33,017 nt of DNA. It comes from Candidatus Brocadiaceae bacterium. Its GTDB lineage: Bacteria > Planctomycetota > Brocadiia > Brocadiales > Bathyanammoxibiaceae. A model generated the notes under the pieces. That model was not told the origin of the DNA, did not search any database, and was given only the letters and a program-made list of their open reading frames with translations. How positions within the stretch are numbered: position 1 is the stretch's first letter; each line of letters opens with the position of its first letter. The stretch spans positions 1 to 33,017 of the forward strand of contig JASEHG010000002.1 in the NCBI GenBank assembly GCA_030018855.1. Direction: 5' to 3'. The position numbers and the translations under genes are program-made. Shown here piece after piece: positions 17,386 through 30,346 of this stretch.

Positions 17386-17413
17386 ATCTTAACAATTTTT
17401 CTTTCTATGTCAA
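17386..17413 (-). promoter_or_regulatory. Internal sigma70-type promoter for the S10 block
   Basis: TTGACA (17413-17408), 16 nt ending in TGt, then TAAGAT (17391-17386), inside the AT-rich 52-nt fusA-rpsJ gap. Confidence 0.7.
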
Positions 17414-17416
17414 CCA

Positions 17417-19474
17417 CTAACTGGCTGACACGCAAAGTTCTTTTGGAACGGCCCTGTACTCAAAAGGTTCCATAATGTAGCTCCCGCGTCCACTGGTGAG
17501 AGACCTTAAGGCCGTGGCATAGCCAAACATCTCCGACAGGGGTACATGGCCCTTGATTACCCGTACTCCGCTCCTGATATCCAACTCCATAATGTTAGCC
17601 CTGCGCCCATTAAGGTCCCCAAGGGTGTCGCCGAGATACATCTCTGGTACGGAGACCTCTACCTTCATCACAGGCTCTAGTAATATAGAGCCAGCCTCTT
17701 GCACTGCACGGCTCACGGCCCGGGCGGCTGCGGTATAGAAGGCCAGGTCGGAGGAATCTACCGGATGATGAGAACCATCCTTGAGGGTGGCCTTGACGTT
17801 AATCAACGGGTAGCCGCCCAGGACTCCCCCCTGGGTAGTCTCTTTTACGGCGTTTGCTACTGCCTTGATGTAGGGCTTGGGAATGGCCCCTCCCACTATC
17901 TCATCCTCAAAGAGGACCGGATGGGCGTCTTTACAGGGTTCAAAGAGGATTACCACGTGGCCGTACTGGCCATGCCCTCCTGTCTGCTGTACGAACTTCT
18001 CTTCTATGAGCACTGCCCTGCCCAGGGTCTCCTTATAGGCTACCTTGGGCGAGCCCACGTTGGCATCCACCTTGTATTCGCTGAGCATACGGTTCTTCAG
18101 CACCTCCAGGTGGAGTTCCCCCATGCCTGAGATTATGAGCTGTCCTGTCTCTTCGTTCATCTTGACGCCAAAGGTGGGGTCTTCCTTCTTTAGTTTGTTG
18201 AGGGCGTATATGAGTTTCTCCTTCTCCGCCTGGGTCTTGGGCTCTATGGCCATGGAGATGACCGTCTCAGGGAACTGTACAGGCTCCAGGAGGATTTGAT
18301 GCTGGCGCTCACAGAGGGTGTCCCCCGTGACCGTATCCTTCAGGCCGACGGCGGCCACGATATCCCCTGCCGTAGTCTCTTCCACCTGCTCCCTCGTATT
18401 GGCGTGCATCTTGTAGATGCGGCTTATTAACTCCACCTTGTTTTTCCTGGAATTAAAGACCCTCTGTCCCGAACGTAATCGCCCGGCATACATCCTTAGA
18501 TAGGTAAGGTCGCCGTGTTTGTCAGTCATGATTTTGAAGGCCAGAGCGGCCAGGGGCTCCTCCTCGGAGACCTTCCTGACTATCACCCCTTCCTTATCGG
18601 GATGGGTACCCTCTACAGGGGGGACGTCCATCGGGGAAGGGAGATAGTCGCATACTGCGTCAAGGAGCATCTGTACCCCTTTGTTCTTCAGGGCAGAGCC
18701 ACACAGTACCGGGACTATCTTGGTACTGATGGTAGCCTGGCGTATGGCCTTCTTAATCTCCGCCTCCCCTATGGGCTCCTCCCTGAGGTACATCTCCATA
18801 AGCCATTCCACCTCTTCTGCCACCTTCTCTATCATCTCTTCACGCATCTTCTTGGCGAGGGGCAGGTCTTCAGAGGGTATGTCTACCTCTTTATACTTTG
18901 TACCCAGTTCCTCTCCCTCGTACGCCCATGCCTTCATTTCTACCAGGTCTATACAACCCTTGAAATCCTGTTCTTTTCCAAGGGGTATCTGTATGGGAAC
19001 TGGTTTTGCTCCCAACTTCTCCCTGACCTCTTGCACCACCTTAAAGAAGTCGGAGCCTACCCTGTCCAGTTTGTTTACAAAACATAATCTGGGCACCCGG
19101 TACCTGTCAGCCTGACGCCATACGGTCTCCGACTGTGCCTCTACCCCCCCTACCCCGCAAAATACGCATACGGCCCCATCCAGTACCCTTAAGGACCTTT
19201 CCACCTCCGCCGTAAAATCTACGTGGCCCGGGGTATCAATAAGGTTTATCTGGAAATCCTTCCAACTGCAAGAGGTAGCGGCCGCCGTAATGGTTATTCC
19301 CCTCTTCTGCTCCTCCTCCATCCAGTCCATGGTAGCAGTGCCTTCATCTACCTCGCCCATCTTGTAGGCCTTCCCTGTGTAATAGAGGACCCTCTCGCTG
19401 AGGGTGGTCTTCCCTGCATCTATGTGGGCAGCAATCCCGATGTTCCGCAATTTCTCTAAAGGTTTCTTCTCCAC
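17417..19474 (-). CDS. fusA: Elongation factor G
   Basis: [33 protein letters not shown] and GMGELHL. Start moved to the GTG at 19474 with an AGGAG SD (685 aa). Confidence 0.98.
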   Translation of the reverse strand: MEKKPLEKLRNIGIAAHIDAGKTTLSERVLYYTGKAYKMGEVDEGTATMDWMEEEQKRGITITAAATSCSWKDFQINLIDTPGHVDFTAEVERSLRVLDGAVCVFCGVGGVEAQSETVWRQADRYRVPRLCFVNKLDRVGSDFFKVVQEVREKLGAKPVPIQIPLGKEQDFKGCIDLVEMKAWAYEGEELGTKYKEVDIPSEDLPLAKKMREEMIEKVAEEVEWLMEMYLREEPIGEAEIKKAIRQATISTKIVPVLCGSALKNKGVQMLLDAVCDYLPSPMDVPPVEGTHPDKEGVIVRKVSEEEPLAALAFKIMTDKHGDLTYLRMYAGRLRSGQRVFNSRKNKVELISRIYKMHANTREQVEETTAGDIVAAVGLKDTVTGDTLCERQHQILLEPVQFPETVISMAIEPKTQAEKEKLIYALNKLKKEDPTFGVKMNEETGQLIISGMGELHLEVLKNRMLSEYKVDANVGSPKVAYKETLGRAVLIEEKFVQQTGGHGQYGHVVILFEPCKDAHPVLFEDEIVGGAIPKPYIKAVANAVKETTQGGVLGGYPLINVKATLKDGSHHPVDSSDLAFYTAAARAVSRAVQEAGSILLEPVMKVEVSVPEMYLGDTLGDLNGRRANIMELDIRSGVRVIKGHVPLSEMFGYATALRSLTSGRGSYIMEPFEYRAVPKELCVSAS

Positions 19475-19490
19475 GGTACTCCTTGACTCC

Positions 19491-19964
19491 TTACCACGTA
19501 AAGTGGGCAAAGGCCTTATTGGCCTCGGCCATCTTGTGTGTGTTCTCTCTCTTCGTATAAGCGGCGCCTTGTTTCTTGCAGGCGTCCGCAAGTTCGTCGG
19601 CCAGTCTCTGTGCCATGGTACGTCCCTTCTTTGCCTTGGCGGCCTGGATTATCCACCTGAAGGCCAGGGAAAGCTGTCTCCTCCTTTGGACCTCTATCGG
19701 GACCTGGTAAGTTGCCCCACCGATGCGCCGGGAGCGCACCTCTACCAGGGGCTTTACGTTGTTCACCGCCGTTTCCAGGACGTCTAAGGAACCTTTGTCT
19801 GGCAGGCGCTTCTTAACCAGTTCCAGGGCGCCGTACAACGTCTTCTCTGCCAGGCTCTTCTTCCCTTTCTTCATCAGGTTGTTAATAAACTTGGAGACCA
19901 GCTTGCTCCCGTACACCACGTCGGGTTTAAGGAAGGCCTCTGTACTCCTGTATTCTAAAGCCAT
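19491..19964 (-). CDS. rpsG: 30S ribosomal protein S7
   Basis: [22 protein letters not shown] and [13 protein letters not shown]. Confidence 0.99.
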   Translation of the reverse strand: MALEYRSTEAFLKPDVVYGSKLVSKFINNLMKKGKKSLAEKTLYGALELVKKRLPDKGSLDVLETAVNNVKPLVEVRSRRIGGATYQVPIEVQRRRQLSLAFRWIIQAAKAKKGRTMAQRLADELADACKKQGAAYTKRENTHKMAEANKAFAHFTW

Positions 19965-19978
19965 AAAGTTTTACTCCT

Positions 19979-20350
19979 TTACTTGGGACTCTTGGCCCCG
20001 TACCTGGAGCGACTCCTTCTCCTGCCTTCTACCCCGGATGAGTCCAGGGTGCCTCGGATGATATGATACTTTATACCAGGGAGGTCTCTCACCCTCCCTC
20101 CCCTAACCAGGACAATGGAGTGTTCCTGGAGGTTATGGCCCTCCCCCGGGATGTAGGCAGTAATCTCTCTACCATTAGAAAGTCTGACCCTGGCCACCTT
20201 CCGCAGGGCAGAGTTGGGCTTCTTGGGGGTCCTGGTCATAACCTGCAGACATACGCCCCTTTTTTGAGGGCAATGGGAGAGGTCAGGGCATTTGCTCTTC
20301 TTACTTACCCTTTTCCTCCCTTTTCTTATCAACTGGTTTATCGTAGGCAT
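19979..20350 (-). CDS. rpsL: 30S ribosomal protein S12
   Basis: [30 protein letters not shown] and [10 protein letters not shown]. Confidence 0.99.
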   Translation of the reverse strand: MPTINQLIRKGRKRVSKKSKCPDLSHCPQKRGVCLQVMTRTPKKPNSALRKVARVRLSNGREITAYIPGEGHNLQEHSIVLVRGGRVRDLPGIKYHIIRGTLDSSGVEGRRRSRSRYGAKSPK

Positions 20351-20397
20351 AAAAGGGGCTTTCCTCCTCTTTAAGCTTTTCTTTTCAACTGGATTCC

Positions 20398-23300
20398 TTA
20401 GGGGGCCTCCAGCTCCGTCTTCCTCACCTCCAGGCCCGCGAAGGCCTTAAAGCCCGTGCCGGCGGGGACCAGGTGCCCCAGGATGACGTTTTCCTTAAGA
20501 CCCTGGAGATTGTCCCTCTGTCCTCTAAGGGCGGCTAAGGCAAGGACCTTGGTAGTCTCCTGGAAGCTGGCCGCTGAGATGAAACTCTCGGACTGCAGAG
20601 AGGCCTTAGTTATACCCATAAGCAGGGGTTTGGCTGTGGCAGGTTTGCCTTTAGACTCTTTTGTCCTTTTGTTCTCTTCTTTAAACTTGAACTTGTCTAT
20701 AATCTGCCCCGGCAGGAAGGTAGTGTCCCCTGGTTCGTCCACCTTTATCTTCCTGAGCATCTGACAGATAATAATCTCTATGTGTTTATCGTCTATAGGT
20801 ACGTTCTGGGAGCGGTAGACGTTCTGCACCTCTTTTAACATATACTGCTGCAGGTCTTCTTCTCCACACACGCGCAGGACGTCCTGTATCACGAGGGGAC
20901 CTTCTACCAGTGGGTCTCCAGCCTTCACGCGGTCACCCCTGTGTACCCTGAGGTGCTTTCCCCTGGGGACCAGGTGTTCCCTTTGGTGGCCTGAGACCTC
21001 GTCCGTAACGATTATCGTCCTCTTACCCCTCCTCTTTTCTCCCAACTCCACCATGCCGTCTATCTCGCTGATTACGGCCGGGTCTTTTGGCTTCCTCGCC
21101 TCAAAGATTTCCGTCACCCTGGGCAGCCCACCGGTGATATCCTCCGTGCGTGCTATCTCTCTGGGGGTTTTGGCCAGGAGGACGCCCGGGTTCACCTCTT
21201 CGCCTTCTTCTGCCTCTATATAGGCCTTTTCTGGTATGGGATCGGCACTGAGTATCTTCCCAGAGGCGTCTTCTATAATAATCTGTGGGTGGAAGTCCCC
21301 TTTGTGTTCTATTATGACTTTCCTCTTAATGCCTGCCTGGGTGTCCACCTCCGTGCGCATGGTCTTGCCTTCCAGGATGTCCTCAAAGCGTATGAGTCCC
21401 TTGAACTCTGCCAGTATGGGGGTCATATGCGGGTCCCACCTGGCCAGGAGGTGCTGTGCCCCTACCTTCTCCCCATTCTTTATCAGAAGGGCTGCACCCA
21501 GTGGCACCATATATTTATCTATGAGTCTCCCCTTCTCATCCAGGATGTTAATCTCACCATTGCCTACCAGGGAGACTATCTGGCCCTCGGGATTCTTTAC
21601 TACCTTCAGGTTAGAGGCAAACTCTACCACCCCTGCCCTCTTTGACCTGAGTTCAGACTCTTCAACGGAACGGGCGGCCGTACCTCCTATATGGAACGTC
21701 CTCATGGTGAGCTGAGTACCTGGTTCTCCTATAGACTGGGCCGCTATAATACCCACGGCCGTACCTTCCTCTACCGGCTCACCCCTTGAGAGGTCCATCC
21801 CGTAACACATACTGCACACCCCTAAGGGCATCTCGCAGGCCAGCGGGGAGCGGACCTTTATCTTGTCAAGGCCCAGGGCCTCTATCCTCTTGGCCTTGTC
21901 CTCCGTTATTAGCTCGTCCTCTTTAACTATGACCTCGTCCTTTACCAGGTCCACTATGGCATTCCTGGCAACCCTTCCCGTGACGACCTTGCTCAGCGGT
22001 ACTTCCACCTTGTCCCCTCTATAGACGGTGCTCTTGGTAATACCACCAAGGGTACCACAGTCTCTTCCAGTAACTACCACGTTCTGTGCCACGTCTGCCA
22101 GCTTTCTGGTGAGGTAGCCGCTATCGGCCGTCTTAAGGGCAGTATCAGCCAACCCCTTTCTTGCGCCGTGGGTGGAACTGAAGTATTCTAACACCCCCAG
22201 CCCCTCCCTGAAGTTGGCCTTTATAGGCGTCTCAATGATGCGTCCCGAAGGTTTGGCCATAAGGCCCCTCATGCCTGCCAGCTGACGCATCTGCTGGCCG
22301 CTCCCTCTGGCACCAGAGTTCATCATAAGAAAGACGGGATTAAGGTGTGGTCTGCCTTCTTTTGTGTCTGTCTCCAGTTCTTTTAGCATCTCCTCAGCCA
22401 CGATGTTGGTGGCGTCGGTCCAGGTATCTATGATTTGGTTGTAGCGTTCCCCCTCGGTGATGGCCGCCTTACGGTAGTGCTTCTGGATCTTATCCACCTC
22501 TGCCTCCGCCTTGGCTATGATTTGGGGCTTCTTCCTGGGCATCTTGAGGTCGCTTATACTGATGGAGAGACCTGCCTTGGTGCATTCCTTGAAACCCAGG
22601 CTCTTGATACTGTCCAGGAGTTCAATGGTCGTCTCTCTGCCCAGGTTTCTGTAGCAATCGTGTATGATACGGTTCAGGCCCTTCTGGTCCAGGTTGTAAT
22701 TATAAAAGGGCAGGTCCTCTGGAAGGATGTTGTTAAATACAACCCTCCCTACGGTAGTCTTGAGTAGCCCGTTGGTAGTCTCTTGAGGCCCTTCCTTGCT
22801 CATAACTGTCTTTCCCTTAGGAAGTCTGACCTCTATATGGGTGTGCACCTTTACCTTTTTCTCGGCATGGGCCAGGAATACCTCCTCTATGGAGCTAAAG
22901 ACCCTCCTGGGTTTTTCAAACCTCTCGTCTTCCATCCAGAAGGTGAGGTACGCACAACCCAGCACTATATCCTGGGAGGGTGTGATGATAGGTTCTCCTG
23001 AGGCAGGGGAAAAGATATTATTAGTGGATAGCATGAGTGTTACGGCCTCTATTTGAGCCTCGTAGGAGAGGGGCAGATGGACGGCCATCTGGTCACCATC
23101 AAAGTCGGCATTAAAACCTTTGCATACGAGGGGATGGAGCTTTATGGCATTACCCTCTACGAGGACAGGCTCAAAGGCCTGGATGCCAATTCGGTGCAGG
23201 GTGGGGGCCCTGTTAAGTAACACGGGGTGATGGCATACCACCTCTTCCAGGATGTCCCACACCACCTCTTCTTTCTTGGCTAGTATGCGTTTGGCGCTCT

Positions 23301-24468
23301 TTATTGCATCGGCCAGACCCAGTTCCCTGAGTCTACGGATGACGAAGGGCTGGAAGAGTTCCAGGGCTATCTTTTTGGGGATGCCTACCTGGTGGAGTTT
23401 GAGTTCAGGGCCTACCACTATCACTGAACGGGCGGAATAGTCTACCCTCTTGCCCAACAGGTTCTCCCTGAAGCGCCCCTGTTTACCCTGGATCATGTCC
23501 GTGAGGCTCTTCAGCGGCCTATTATTACTGCCCAGTACCGGACGTTTGGAGCGCTCGTTGTCAAAGAGGGCGTCTACGGCCTGCTGGAGCATCCTCTTCT
23601 CGTTCCGTATGATGACCTCCGGGGCATTTAGCTCTATAAGTTTTTTCAGTCGGTTGTTGCGGTTTATAATCCTCCTGTAGAGGTCATTGAGGTCACTGGT
23701 AGCAAAATTACCACTCTCAAGGAGGACCAGCGGCCTGAGGTCTGGGGGTATAACCGGTATTACCCTGAGGACTAACCACTCGGGTTTGTTCCCGGAGTCC
23801 CTCATTGCCTCTACAAGCTCCAGTCTACGGATAATCTCTCTCTGTCGCTGGCGGGCAGAGGTATGGGCCAGCGTCTCCCGCAGTTCTTTAGAGAGTTGTA
23901 CCAGGTCCAATTTCTTTAAGAGGGCCTCAAGGGCCTCGGCCCCCATCCCGGCCTTGAAACTGTGTTCCCCATACTTCTCCTGGCAGTCGCGGTGTTCTTC
24001 TTCGCTGAGTAACTGGTATTCCTTAAGGGGTGTATTCCCGGGGTCTATGACCACGTAGTCCTGGAAGTAAATAACCCTTTCCAGTCTGCTGGTCTTCATC
24101 CCCAGAAGGATGCCCAACCTGGAAGGCATAGCCTTAAAGAACCAGATGTGGACCACTGGGGCGGCCAGGTTTATGTGGCCCATCCGTTTCCTTCTCACCC
24201 TGGAATGGGTAATCTTTACGCCGCATCTATCGCATACTATCCCTTTATGTTTTATCCCCTTATACTTACCGCAGAAGCACTCCCAGTTCCTTTCTGGTCC
24301 AAAAATTTTCTCGCAGAAGAGACCGTCCTTCTCCGGCCTGTAGGTACGGTAGTTGATGGTCTCCGGCTTCTTCACCTCTCCGTAAGACCAACTGCGGATG
24401 TCCTCCTGGGAGGCCAGGCGTATCTTTACGGCGTCATATTCGTTTATCTTTTCTAACAGGTTTTCCAC
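20398..24468 (-). CDS. rpoC: RNA polymerase subunit beta'
   Basis: Catalytic NADFDGD, Zn-finger CFCGKY...CDRC and [20 protein letters not shown] start. Confidence 0.99.
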   Translation of the reverse strand: MENLLEKINEYDAVKIRLASQEDIRSWSYGEVKKPETINYRTYRPEKDGLFCEKIFGPERNWECFCGKYKGIKHKGIVCDRCGVKITHSRVRRKRMGHINLAAPVVHIWFFKAMPSRLGILLGMKTSRLERVIYFQDYVVIDPGNTPLKEYQLLSEEEHRDCQEKYGEHSFKAGMGAEALEALLKKLDLVQLSKELRETLAHTSARQRQREIIRRLELVEAMRDSGNKPEWLVLRVIPVIPPDLRPLVLLESGNFATSDLNDLYRRIINRNNRLKKLIELNAPEVIIRNEKRMLQQAVDALFDNERSKRPVLGSNNRPLKSLTDMIQGKQGRFRENLLGKRVDYSARSVIVVGPELKLHQVGIPKKIALELFQPFVIRRLRELGLADAIKSAKRILAKKEEVVWDILEEVVCHHPVLLNRAPTLHRIGIQAFEPVLVEGNAIKLHPLVCKGFNADFDGDQMAVHLPLSYEAQIEAVTLMLSTNNIFSPASGEPIITPSQDIVLGCAYLTFWMEDERFEKPRRVFSSIEEVFLAHAEKKVKVHTHIEVRLPKGKTVMSKEGPQETTNGLLKTTVGRVVFNNILPEDLPFYNYNLDQKGLNRIIHDCYRNLGRETTIELLDSIKSLGFKECTKAGLSISISDLKMPRKKPQIIAKAEAEVDKIQKHYRKAAITEGERYNQIIDTWTDATNIVAEEMLKELETDTKEGRPHLNPVFLMMNSGARGSGQQMRQLAGMRGLMAKPSGRIIETPIKANFREGLGVLEYFSSTHGARKGLADTALKTADSGYLTRKLADVAQNVVVTGRDCGTLGGITKSTVYRGDKVEVPLSKVVTGRVARNAIVDLVKDEVIVKEDELITEDKAKRIEALGLDKIKVRSPLACEMPLGVCSMCYGMDLSRGEPVEEGTAVGIIAAQSIGEPGTQLTMRTFHIGGTAARSVEESELRSKRAGVVEFASNLKVVKNPEGQIVSLVGNGEINILDEKGRLIDKYMVPLGAALLIKNGEKVGAQHLLARWDPHMTPILAEFKGLIRFEDILEGKTMRTEVDTQAGIKRKVIIEHKGDFHPQIIIEDASGKILSADPIPEKAYIEAEEGEEVNPGVLLAKTPREIARTEDITGGLPRVTEIFEARKPKDPAVISEIDGMVELGEKRRGKRTIIVTDEVSGHQREHLVPRGKHLRVHRGDRVKAGDPLVEGPLVIQDVLRVCGEEDLQQYMLKEVQNVYRSQNVPIDDKHIEIIICQMLRKIKVDEPGDTTFLPGQIIDKFKFKEENKRTKESKGKPATAKPLLMGITKASLQSESFISAASFQETTKVLALAALRGQRDNLQGLKENVILGHLVPAGTGFKAFAGLEVRKTELEAP

Positions 24469-24481
24469 AAATTATACCTCA

Positions 24482-27400
24482 CTAAAATTTCTTCTTCTCT
24501 AACTCCAGATTGAGACAGAGGCCTTGTACCTCTCTGGATAACACCTCAAAGGAGGCAGGGGTCCCGGCCTCCAGGCAATTCTCTCCTTTGACCATGGCCT
24601 CGTAAATCTTCGTCCTGCCCTCCACATCATCACTCTTGACCGTAAGTAGTTCCTGGAGGTTGTAGGCGGCACCGTAAGCCTCCAGGGCCCATACCTCCAT
24701 CTCTCCAAACCTCTGCCCACCAAAACGGGCCTTTCCACCCAGGGGTTGCTGGGTGATGAGAGAGTAGGGACCGGTGGCCCTGGCATGCACCTTGTCATCT
24801 ACAAGGTGGTGTAGTTTCATCACATACATGTAGCCCACGGTAACCTTCTGTTCAAACGGCTCTCCAGTACGCCCGTCGTAGAGGGTTACCTTTCCATCTT
24901 CCGGGAGCCCCGCCTCATTGAGGGTGTTCTTTATCTCTTCTTCCGTGGCCCCTACGAAGACAGGGGTGATGGCGCGGAATCCCAGCTTCCTGGCCGCCCA
25001 ACCAAGGTGGGTCTCCAGGATTTGCCCGACGTTCATCCTGGAAGGTACCCCTAACGGGTTAAGCAAGACGTCCACTGGGGTGCCGTCTTCCAGGAAGGGC
25101 ATGTCTTCCTCCGGGAGTATCTTGGCAATTACCCCTTTATTACCATGCCTCCCTGCCATCTTGTCTCCTACGGAGAGCTTTCTCTTGGTGGCAAGGGATA
25201 CCTTAGCCACCTCCAGGACACCGCTTGGGAGTTCGTCACCCCTCTTGAGCTGGTTTGTCTTTCTGTTCCTCTCGTCCTCAAGGGTCTCTATCCTCTGTAG
25301 GAAAGGCTGGCAAAGGGCTATTGCCTGCTCCCTCTTCTTGTTGGTGCTGAATGCGATATTTTCTACGTTGAAGGTCTCCACTACCTCCAGCACCTGTTTG
25401 GACGTCATTCCTGCCCTGATTTTGAACTCTTCGCTGGTCTGGCTATCCACCAGGGGCTCGTGTATCTCTTTCTGCAGGGTATGGAGCATGGCCGTAAACT
25501 CACTGGCTATCTCTTTACCATAATGGTTCTCCAGCCTGTTTATTTCTTGATTTATACTCTGTCTTTCTTCTTCGGGGAGATAGGCCTTGCGTGAGAACCT
25601 CTGGGTACCCATTACAATCCCTTCTGCCCCGGAAGGCACCTCAAAGGATTCGTTCCTGACGTCTTCTCCAGCCCGCCCAAAGATGGCGTAGAGGAGCTTC
25701 TCCTCTGGGGATAGTTCACTGCGGCTCTTGGGGGCAATCTTTCCCACCAATACCTCCCCTGGCTTGACCTTTGTGCCTTCCAGGACTATGCCGTGCTCAT
25801 CCAGGTTCTTCAATACCCTTTCCGACACGTTGGGTATGTCCCTGGTAAACTCCTCTTTCCCCAGTTTGGTCTCTCTGACCTCTACCTCAAATTCCTCTAT
25901 GTGGATGGAAGAGAAATAATCGTCCTTGAGGAGTCTCTCGCTCACCACGATGGCGTCCTCAAAATTGTAGCCATCCCAGGCCAGGAAGGCGACAAGGACG
26001 TTCTTGCCCAGGCTGAGTTCCCCATTACAGGTAGCAGCCCCATCGGCAAGGATGTCTCCCTTCTTTACCTTCTGGCCCTCTGAGACTATGGGTCTCTGGT
26101 TAAGGCAGGTGCGCTCATTAAGCCCCACAAATTTTCTCAGGGAGTAGACGTCTCTATCGTCTATAACGATGGTATCACCCGTGACTTTAGTAACCGTACC
26201 GGAATTCTCGGCCTTCAAGGTCATGCTGGAGTTCTTGGCGACCACTTTCTCCATCCCGGTGGAGACTATGGGTGGTTCCGTCTTAAGGAGAGGTACCGCC
26301 TGACGCTGCATGTTAGAGCCCATGAGTGCACGGTTAGCGTCGCTGTGCTCCAGGAATGGGATAAGGCTAGCTGAGACCCCTACGAGCTGTCTAGGGGAGA
26401 CGTCTACAAAACTCACCTCTTTGGGGCCAGTCACCTGGAAATCTCCGTTGTATCTGGCCAGTACCTTTTCAGGTAATCCCTTTCCCTGGCCATCCAGGCC
26501 GGCCAATGCATCTGCGGGGGCCAATATCTTGCCTTCCTCCTCGTCGGCCCTTAGATTCTGTATCTCCCCGGTGGGTTTCCCGCCTTTTACCTTCTGATAG
26601 GGGGTGATCAGGAACCCATATTCGTCCACGGTAGTAAAGATGCTCAAGGAGGCGATAAGTCCGATGTTAGTACCTTCTGGTGTCTCAATGGGACATATCC
26701 TCCCGTAGTGGGAGACGTGCACGTCCCTTACCTCAAACCCTGCCCTCTTGCGGTTAAGCCCTCCAGGGCCCAGGGCGCTGAGACGCCTCTCATGGGTAAG
26801 CTGGGCCAGGGGGTTAGTCTGGTCAAGCACCTGAGAGAGTTCTCCCCTGCTGAAGAAGTAGTCTATGGTGGACATAATGGTCTTACTGTTGATAAGTGCC
26901 CTGGGAGTGAGTTGTTCAGCTTCCTTCCCGCTCATCCTCTCCTGCACCGTCCTGCGTAGCTTCAAGAAGCCCCTGCGGAGTTCCTCCCCCACCAATTCAT
27001 CTATACACCTCAACCTCCTGTTCCCCAGGTGGTCTATGTCATCTACTACCCCCTCCCCCCTCCTCAGTTTTATTAGGTACTTGATGGAGTTTACTATGTC
27101 CTCCTTCTGGAGGGTCATCTCTGAATCTGAGACCTCCTGGGAGAGTTTTCTGTTCAGGCGGAACCTGCCCACCGACCCCAGCTGATACCTGTTGGGGTCA
27201 AAAAATTTCTCGTAGAAGAGTTGTTTGGCCTTGTCTAGTTGCGGAGGGTTACCTGGGCGGAAACGGGCATAGAGCTTCCTGAGGGCCTCTTCGTGGCTCT
27301 TTGTCTTGTCCTCTTCCAGGGAGTTTAAGATTATTGGGTCATCTACTTTCTTTACAACCTCTATCTCTTTTAAGTCCAGCTTAATGAGCGTATCTAATAC

Positions 27401-28159
27401 TTCGTCCGTAATAAGGGCCTCTGCCTTAAGGACCACCTCTCCGGTCTTGGGGTCAAAGACCGTCTGGGCAGAGTAGCTCCCTTTCAGTCTGGAGGGGGAA
27501 GTTAATTTAACTACCTCTGTTTCATAAAAAAGTCGCAGTATATCCTCGTCCCTGGAGAACTCCTCCGTCATGGCCCTCAGGAAACAGGCGGCAGGAAAAC
27601 GCCCGCTCTGGTCTATGCGGATATGGAGCGTATCCTTCTTACTCACCTCTATCTCTACCCAACTGCCCCTTTCAGGGATTATCCTGCAGGAGTGGAGCCT
27701 CTTCTCTGCGTACACCTCCTCAAGGAAGTCTACGCCTGGGGAGCGGTGGAGCTGGATGACGACGACCCTCTCCTTGCCATTGATGATGAACTCCCCCCCG
27801 CCCACCATTACCGGCATCTCTCCTATGTAGGCGTCCTCCTCTACACTCTCTTGCTTCTCCGTATTAGTAAACCTCAGGCGGAGTCGTAAGGGTCTCCCAT
27901 AAGTAAGCCGCAACTGTTTGCACTCCTCTGCGGTGTACCTGGCCTTCCCCAGCTCGTACTTTACGTACTCAAGTACGAGTTTTTCATCGTAACTCTTTAT
28001 AGGGAATATCTCCCTCAGAATGGCCTCTAACCCCTTGTTCCCTCGCCTTGAAGCAGGGACGTCTGCCTGGAGGAAGCTCCTGTAGGCCCCTGTCTGTATC
28101 TGAGTGAGGTTGGGCACCTCAAGAACTTCAGCGACTTTACTGTAATCTCTTATTTCCAT
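24482..28159 (-). CDS. rpoB: RNA polymerase subunit beta
   Basis: [39 protein letters not shown] and GGQRFGEME. Confidence 0.99.
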   Translation of the reverse strand: MEIRDYSKVAEVLEVPNLTQIQTGAYRSFLQADVPASRRGNKGLEAILREIFPIKSYDEKLVLEYVKYELGKARYTAEECKQLRLTYGRPLRLRLRFTNTEKQESVEEDAYIGEMPVMVGGGEFIINGKERVVVIQLHRSPGVDFLEEVYAEKRLHSCRIIPERGSWVEIEVSKKDTLHIRIDQSGRFPAACFLRAMTEEFSRDEDILRLFYETEVVKLTSPSRLKGSYSAQTVFDPKTGEVVLKAEALITDEVLDTLIKLDLKEIEVVKKVDDPIILNSLEEDKTKSHEEALRKLYARFRPGNPPQLDKAKQLFYEKFFDPNRYQLGSVGRFRLNRKLSQEVSDSEMTLQKEDIVNSIKYLIKLRRGEGVVDDIDHLGNRRLRCIDELVGEELRRGFLKLRRTVQERMSGKEAEQLTPRALINSKTIMSTIDYFFSRGELSQVLDQTNPLAQLTHERRLSALGPGGLNRKRAGFEVRDVHVSHYGRICPIETPEGTNIGLIASLSIFTTVDEYGFLITPYQKVKGGKPTGEIQNLRADEEEGKILAPADALAGLDGQGKGLPEKVLARYNGDFQVTGPKEVSFVDVSPRQLVGVSASLIPFLEHSDANRALMGSNMQRQAVPLLKTEPPIVSTGMEKVVAKNSSMTLKAENSGTVTKVTGDTIVIDDRDVYSLRKFVGLNERTCLNQRPIVSEGQKVKKGDILADGAATCNGELSLGKNVLVAFLAWDGYNFEDAIVVSERLLKDDYFSSIHIEEFEVEVRETKLGKEEFTRDIPNVSERVLKNLDEHGIVLEGTKVKPGEVLVGKIAPKSRSELSPEEKLLYAIFGRAGEDVRNESFEVPSGAEGIVMGTQRFSRKAYLPEEERQSINQEINRLENHYGKEIASEFTAMLHTLQKEIHEPLVDSQTSEEFKIRAGMTSKQVLEVVETFNVENIAFSTNKKREQAIALCQPFLQRIETLEDERNRKTNQLKRGDELPSGVLEVAKVSLATKRKLSVGDKMAGRHGNKGVIAKILPEEDMPFLEDGTPVDVLLNPLGVPSRMNVGQILETHLGWAARKLGFRAITPVFVGATEEEIKNTLNEAGLPEDGKVTLYDGRTGEPFEQKVTVGYMYVMKLHHLVDDKVHARATGPYSLITQQPLGGKARFGGQRFGEMEVWALEAYGAAYNLQELLTVKSDDVEGRTKIYEAMVKGENCLEAGTPASFEVLSREVQGLCLNLELEKKKF

Positions 28160-28193
28160 TTTGCTTTCCTACTTAGTCCTGAATACTCCGTCT

Positions 28194-28607
28194 CTACTTG
28201 ACCTCCACTGTGGCCCCGGCCTCTTCCAGTTCTTTCTTGATCTTGGCAGCGTCTTCCTTGCTAACGCCTTCCTTCAGGGGCTTAGGTGCAGAATCTACCA
28301 ATTCCTTTGCCTCTTTAAGGCCAAGGGTAGTGTGGACCCTTACCACTTTAATAACCTGGATCTTGTTGGCCCCTGCGGATTTGAGGATGATGTCAAAGGT
28401 GGTCTTTTCCTCGGCTGGGGCGGCGGCTGCTGCCGGTGCTCCCGCAGCGGCTACAGCTACTGGGGCTGCTGCCATGGCGGTCACATCAAAACGTTCCTCA
28501 AAGGCCTTCACCAATTGTGAGGTCTCTAGTAAGGTCAGCCCGCCTACCAGATCCAGTATCTGGTTTATTTTTTCCGAGGGGGCTGCCTTTGCTGTCTCAG
28601 TAGTCAT
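28194..28607 (-). CDS. rplL: 50S ribosomal protein L7/L12
   Basis: Ala-rich hinge, [16 protein letters not shown] and [10 protein letters not shown]. Confidence 0.99.
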   Translation of the reverse strand: MTTETAKAAPSEKINQILDLVGGLTLLETSQLVKAFEERFDVTAMAAAPVAVAAAGAPAAAAAPAEEKTTFDIILKSAGANKIQVIKVVRVHTTLGLKEAKELVDSAPKPLKEGVSKEDAAKIKKELEEAGATVEVK

Positions 28608-28682
28608 CTTTTATCCTCCAGTATTGCTTAGTACCGTTTCAACTCTTTTTCTATCCAATGCCATCCCAGCTTTTCACCTAAT

Positions 28683-29228
28683 TTAGCTAGCTGGGGCGGC
28701 ACTAGTACTTTCTTTCTCCCTCTTGTCCTTAAGGGCCTCTAAGTCGCCCCGCAGCTTGTGGAGAGGGGCGCTCAGTACCGCAGCCAACCTACTTAACGGG
28801 GCCTGCAGGAGTGTGACGAACTGGGTGTGAAGGACGGGTTTAGTTGGCAGCCTGGAGAGTACTTCTACCTCCGGGCTTGATATTACATTGCCCTCTACCA
28901 TCCCTCCCCTTATCTTCAGGGCAAGCACCTTCTTTGACCACTCCACTACGGTCTTGGCCAGTACCGCTGAGTCCATTGGCCCAGTTACCAGGGCAGAAGG
29001 CCCTTCCAGCAGCCTCCCCATCCCTTCCAGGCCTATCTCCTTGAAGGCCAGAGAGGTCAGGGAGTTTTTTACTATCTCCAAGTGTATCTTCTTCGTGTAG
29101 AGGTCTTTCCTTAGCTCGTTAGCCTCCAGGGACTTCAGGCCTTGATAGCCTACCACCATGCAGTTTCTGGTATGCTGGTACCTCTGGGCCAGTTCTTTTA
29201 CTATCGCCTTATTTATTATGCTGACCAT
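28683..29228 (-). CDS. rplJ: 50S ribosomal protein L10
   Basis: YQGL, LRK-x-L, VKNSL, L-x-GPSA and GG-x-VEG motifs, positioned between rplA and rplL. Start moved to the ATG at 29228. Confidence 0.95.
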   Translation of the reverse strand: MVSIINKAIVKELAQRYQHTRNCMVVGYQGLKSLEANELRKDLYTKKIHLEIVKNSLTSLAFKEIGLEGMGRLLEGPSALVTGPMDSAVLAKTVVEWSKKVLALKIRGGMVEGNVISSPEVEVLSRLPTKPVLHTQFVTLLQAPLSRLAAVLSAPLHKLRGDLEALKDKREKESTSAAPAS

Positions 29229-29233
29229 AGTTT

Positions 29234-29914
29234 TCAGATAGTTAGTTTTATGCCAGGACTCATCGTAGCAGAAAGACATATCCTCTCTATGAATGTCCCC
29301 TTGGCTGAAGGGGGCCTGGAGGCCACGATGTGGGATACAAAGGCATGTATATTCTCTTGCAGGTCTTCCGCAGAGAAGGAGAGTCTTCCTACCAGTGCAT
29401 GTACGTTTCCTCCTGCATCGCTCCTGTATTCAATCTTCCCTGCCTTAAACTCCCCTACGGCCTTTTCCACGTCTTCTGTAACAGTCCCGGATTTGGGAGA
29501 TGGCATTTTCCCCTGCGGCCCCAGTACCCTCCCTAGTTTTCCAATCTGTCGCATCATGTCAGGGGTGGCTATGGCCACGTCAAAATCCATCCAGCCCCCT
29601 TCTACCTTCTTTATAAGCTCATCAGAGCCAGCCTCTTCTGCGCCGGCCTTAAGGGCCTTTTCCGCACGTTCACCTGTGGTAAAGACTACTACCCTTCTAG
29701 ACTTGCCTACCCCTTTGGGCAACGAGAATGCGTCTCTTAACATCTGGTCCGAACGTTTTGGGTCTATACCCAACTTAAAGGAGAGTTCCACGCTCTGGTC
29801 AAATTTTGCCGGTGGGAAACCCTTCAGGATGTCCACGGCCTCTTTTATGGAATACTCCTTATTGCCATCAAACCGCTTCTTGCTCTCAATGTATCTCTTG
29901 CTCCGGGCAACCAC
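29234..29914 (-). CDS. rplA: 50S ribosomal protein L1
   Basis: AKFDQSVE, LGIDP, ATPDMM, LGRVLGP-x-GKMPSPKSGTVT and SATMSPG. GTG start. Confidence 0.98.
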   Translation of the reverse strand: MVARSKRYIESKKRFDGNKEYSIKEAVDILKGFPPAKFDQSVELSFKLGIDPKRSDQMLRDAFSLPKGVGKSRRVVVFTTGERAEKALKAGAEEAGSDELIKKVEGGWMDFDVAIATPDMMRQIGKLGRVLGPQGKMPSPKSGTVTEDVEKAVGEFKAGKIEYRSDAGGNVHALVGRLSFSAEDLQENIHAFVSHIVASRPPSAKGTFIERICLSATMSPGIKLTI

Positions 29915-29917
29915 TAG

Positions 29918-30346
29918 TTAATCTCCTACCGTCAGGCCCATACTCCTTGCCGTCCCTTCCACCATCTTCGCCGCCTCCTGGAGGTCTTTGGTGTTAAGGT
30001 CTGAGAGCTTGGCCTTGGCTATATCTAAGACCTGTTGTTTTGTTACCTTGCCCACCTTCTCCTTGTTGGGAACCCCTGAACCCTTGGCTATGCCTGATGC
30101 CTGTTTCAGTAGCACAGCGGCTGGGGGAGACTTCAGTACAAAATCAAAGGTTTTGTCTTTATAAATAGTTAATTCTACTGGAGTTATAATACCAGGACTA
30201 CTCTTGGTCTTCTCATTAAATTTAGAGACGAAGAGCCCAATATTTACCCCATGCTGGCCCAGGGCTGGCCCCACAGGAGGGGCTGGTGTGGCCTGACCTG
30301 CTGGTATCTGGAGTTTTACCTTCGCTATTACTTCCTTCTTTGCCAT
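29918..30346 (-). CDS. rplK: 50S ribosomal protein L11
   Basis: [27 protein letters not shown] and GTARSMG. Confidence 0.99.
   Translation of the reverse strand: MAKKEVIAKVKLQIPAGQATPAPPVGPALGQHGVNIGLFVSKFNEKTKSSPGIITPVELTIYKDKTFDFVLKSPPAAVLLKQASGIAKGSGVPNKEKVGKVTKQQVLDIAKAKLSDLNTKDLQEAAKMVEGTARSMGLTVGD

Noticed and set aside
19475-19591. Long N-terminal extensions in the ORF track for fusA, and likewise rplX, rplJ, rplQ, rpoA and rpmC
   Set aside because: Longest-ORF artefacts, mostly overlapping the upstream gene; downstream starts match conserved N-termini and SD or coupling positions.
20398-28159. Inteins, introns, frameshifts or a fusion in rpoB/rpoC
   Set aside because: Both ORFs are continuous, of normal length and separately terminated. 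The RpoB insert before RGDELP lies at a known lineage-variable position.
29142-29921. 259-aa plus-strand ORF, and the other plus-strand ORFs in the track
   Set aside because: They lie antisense to conserved genes or over the heptamer repeat, and show no independent coding signal.
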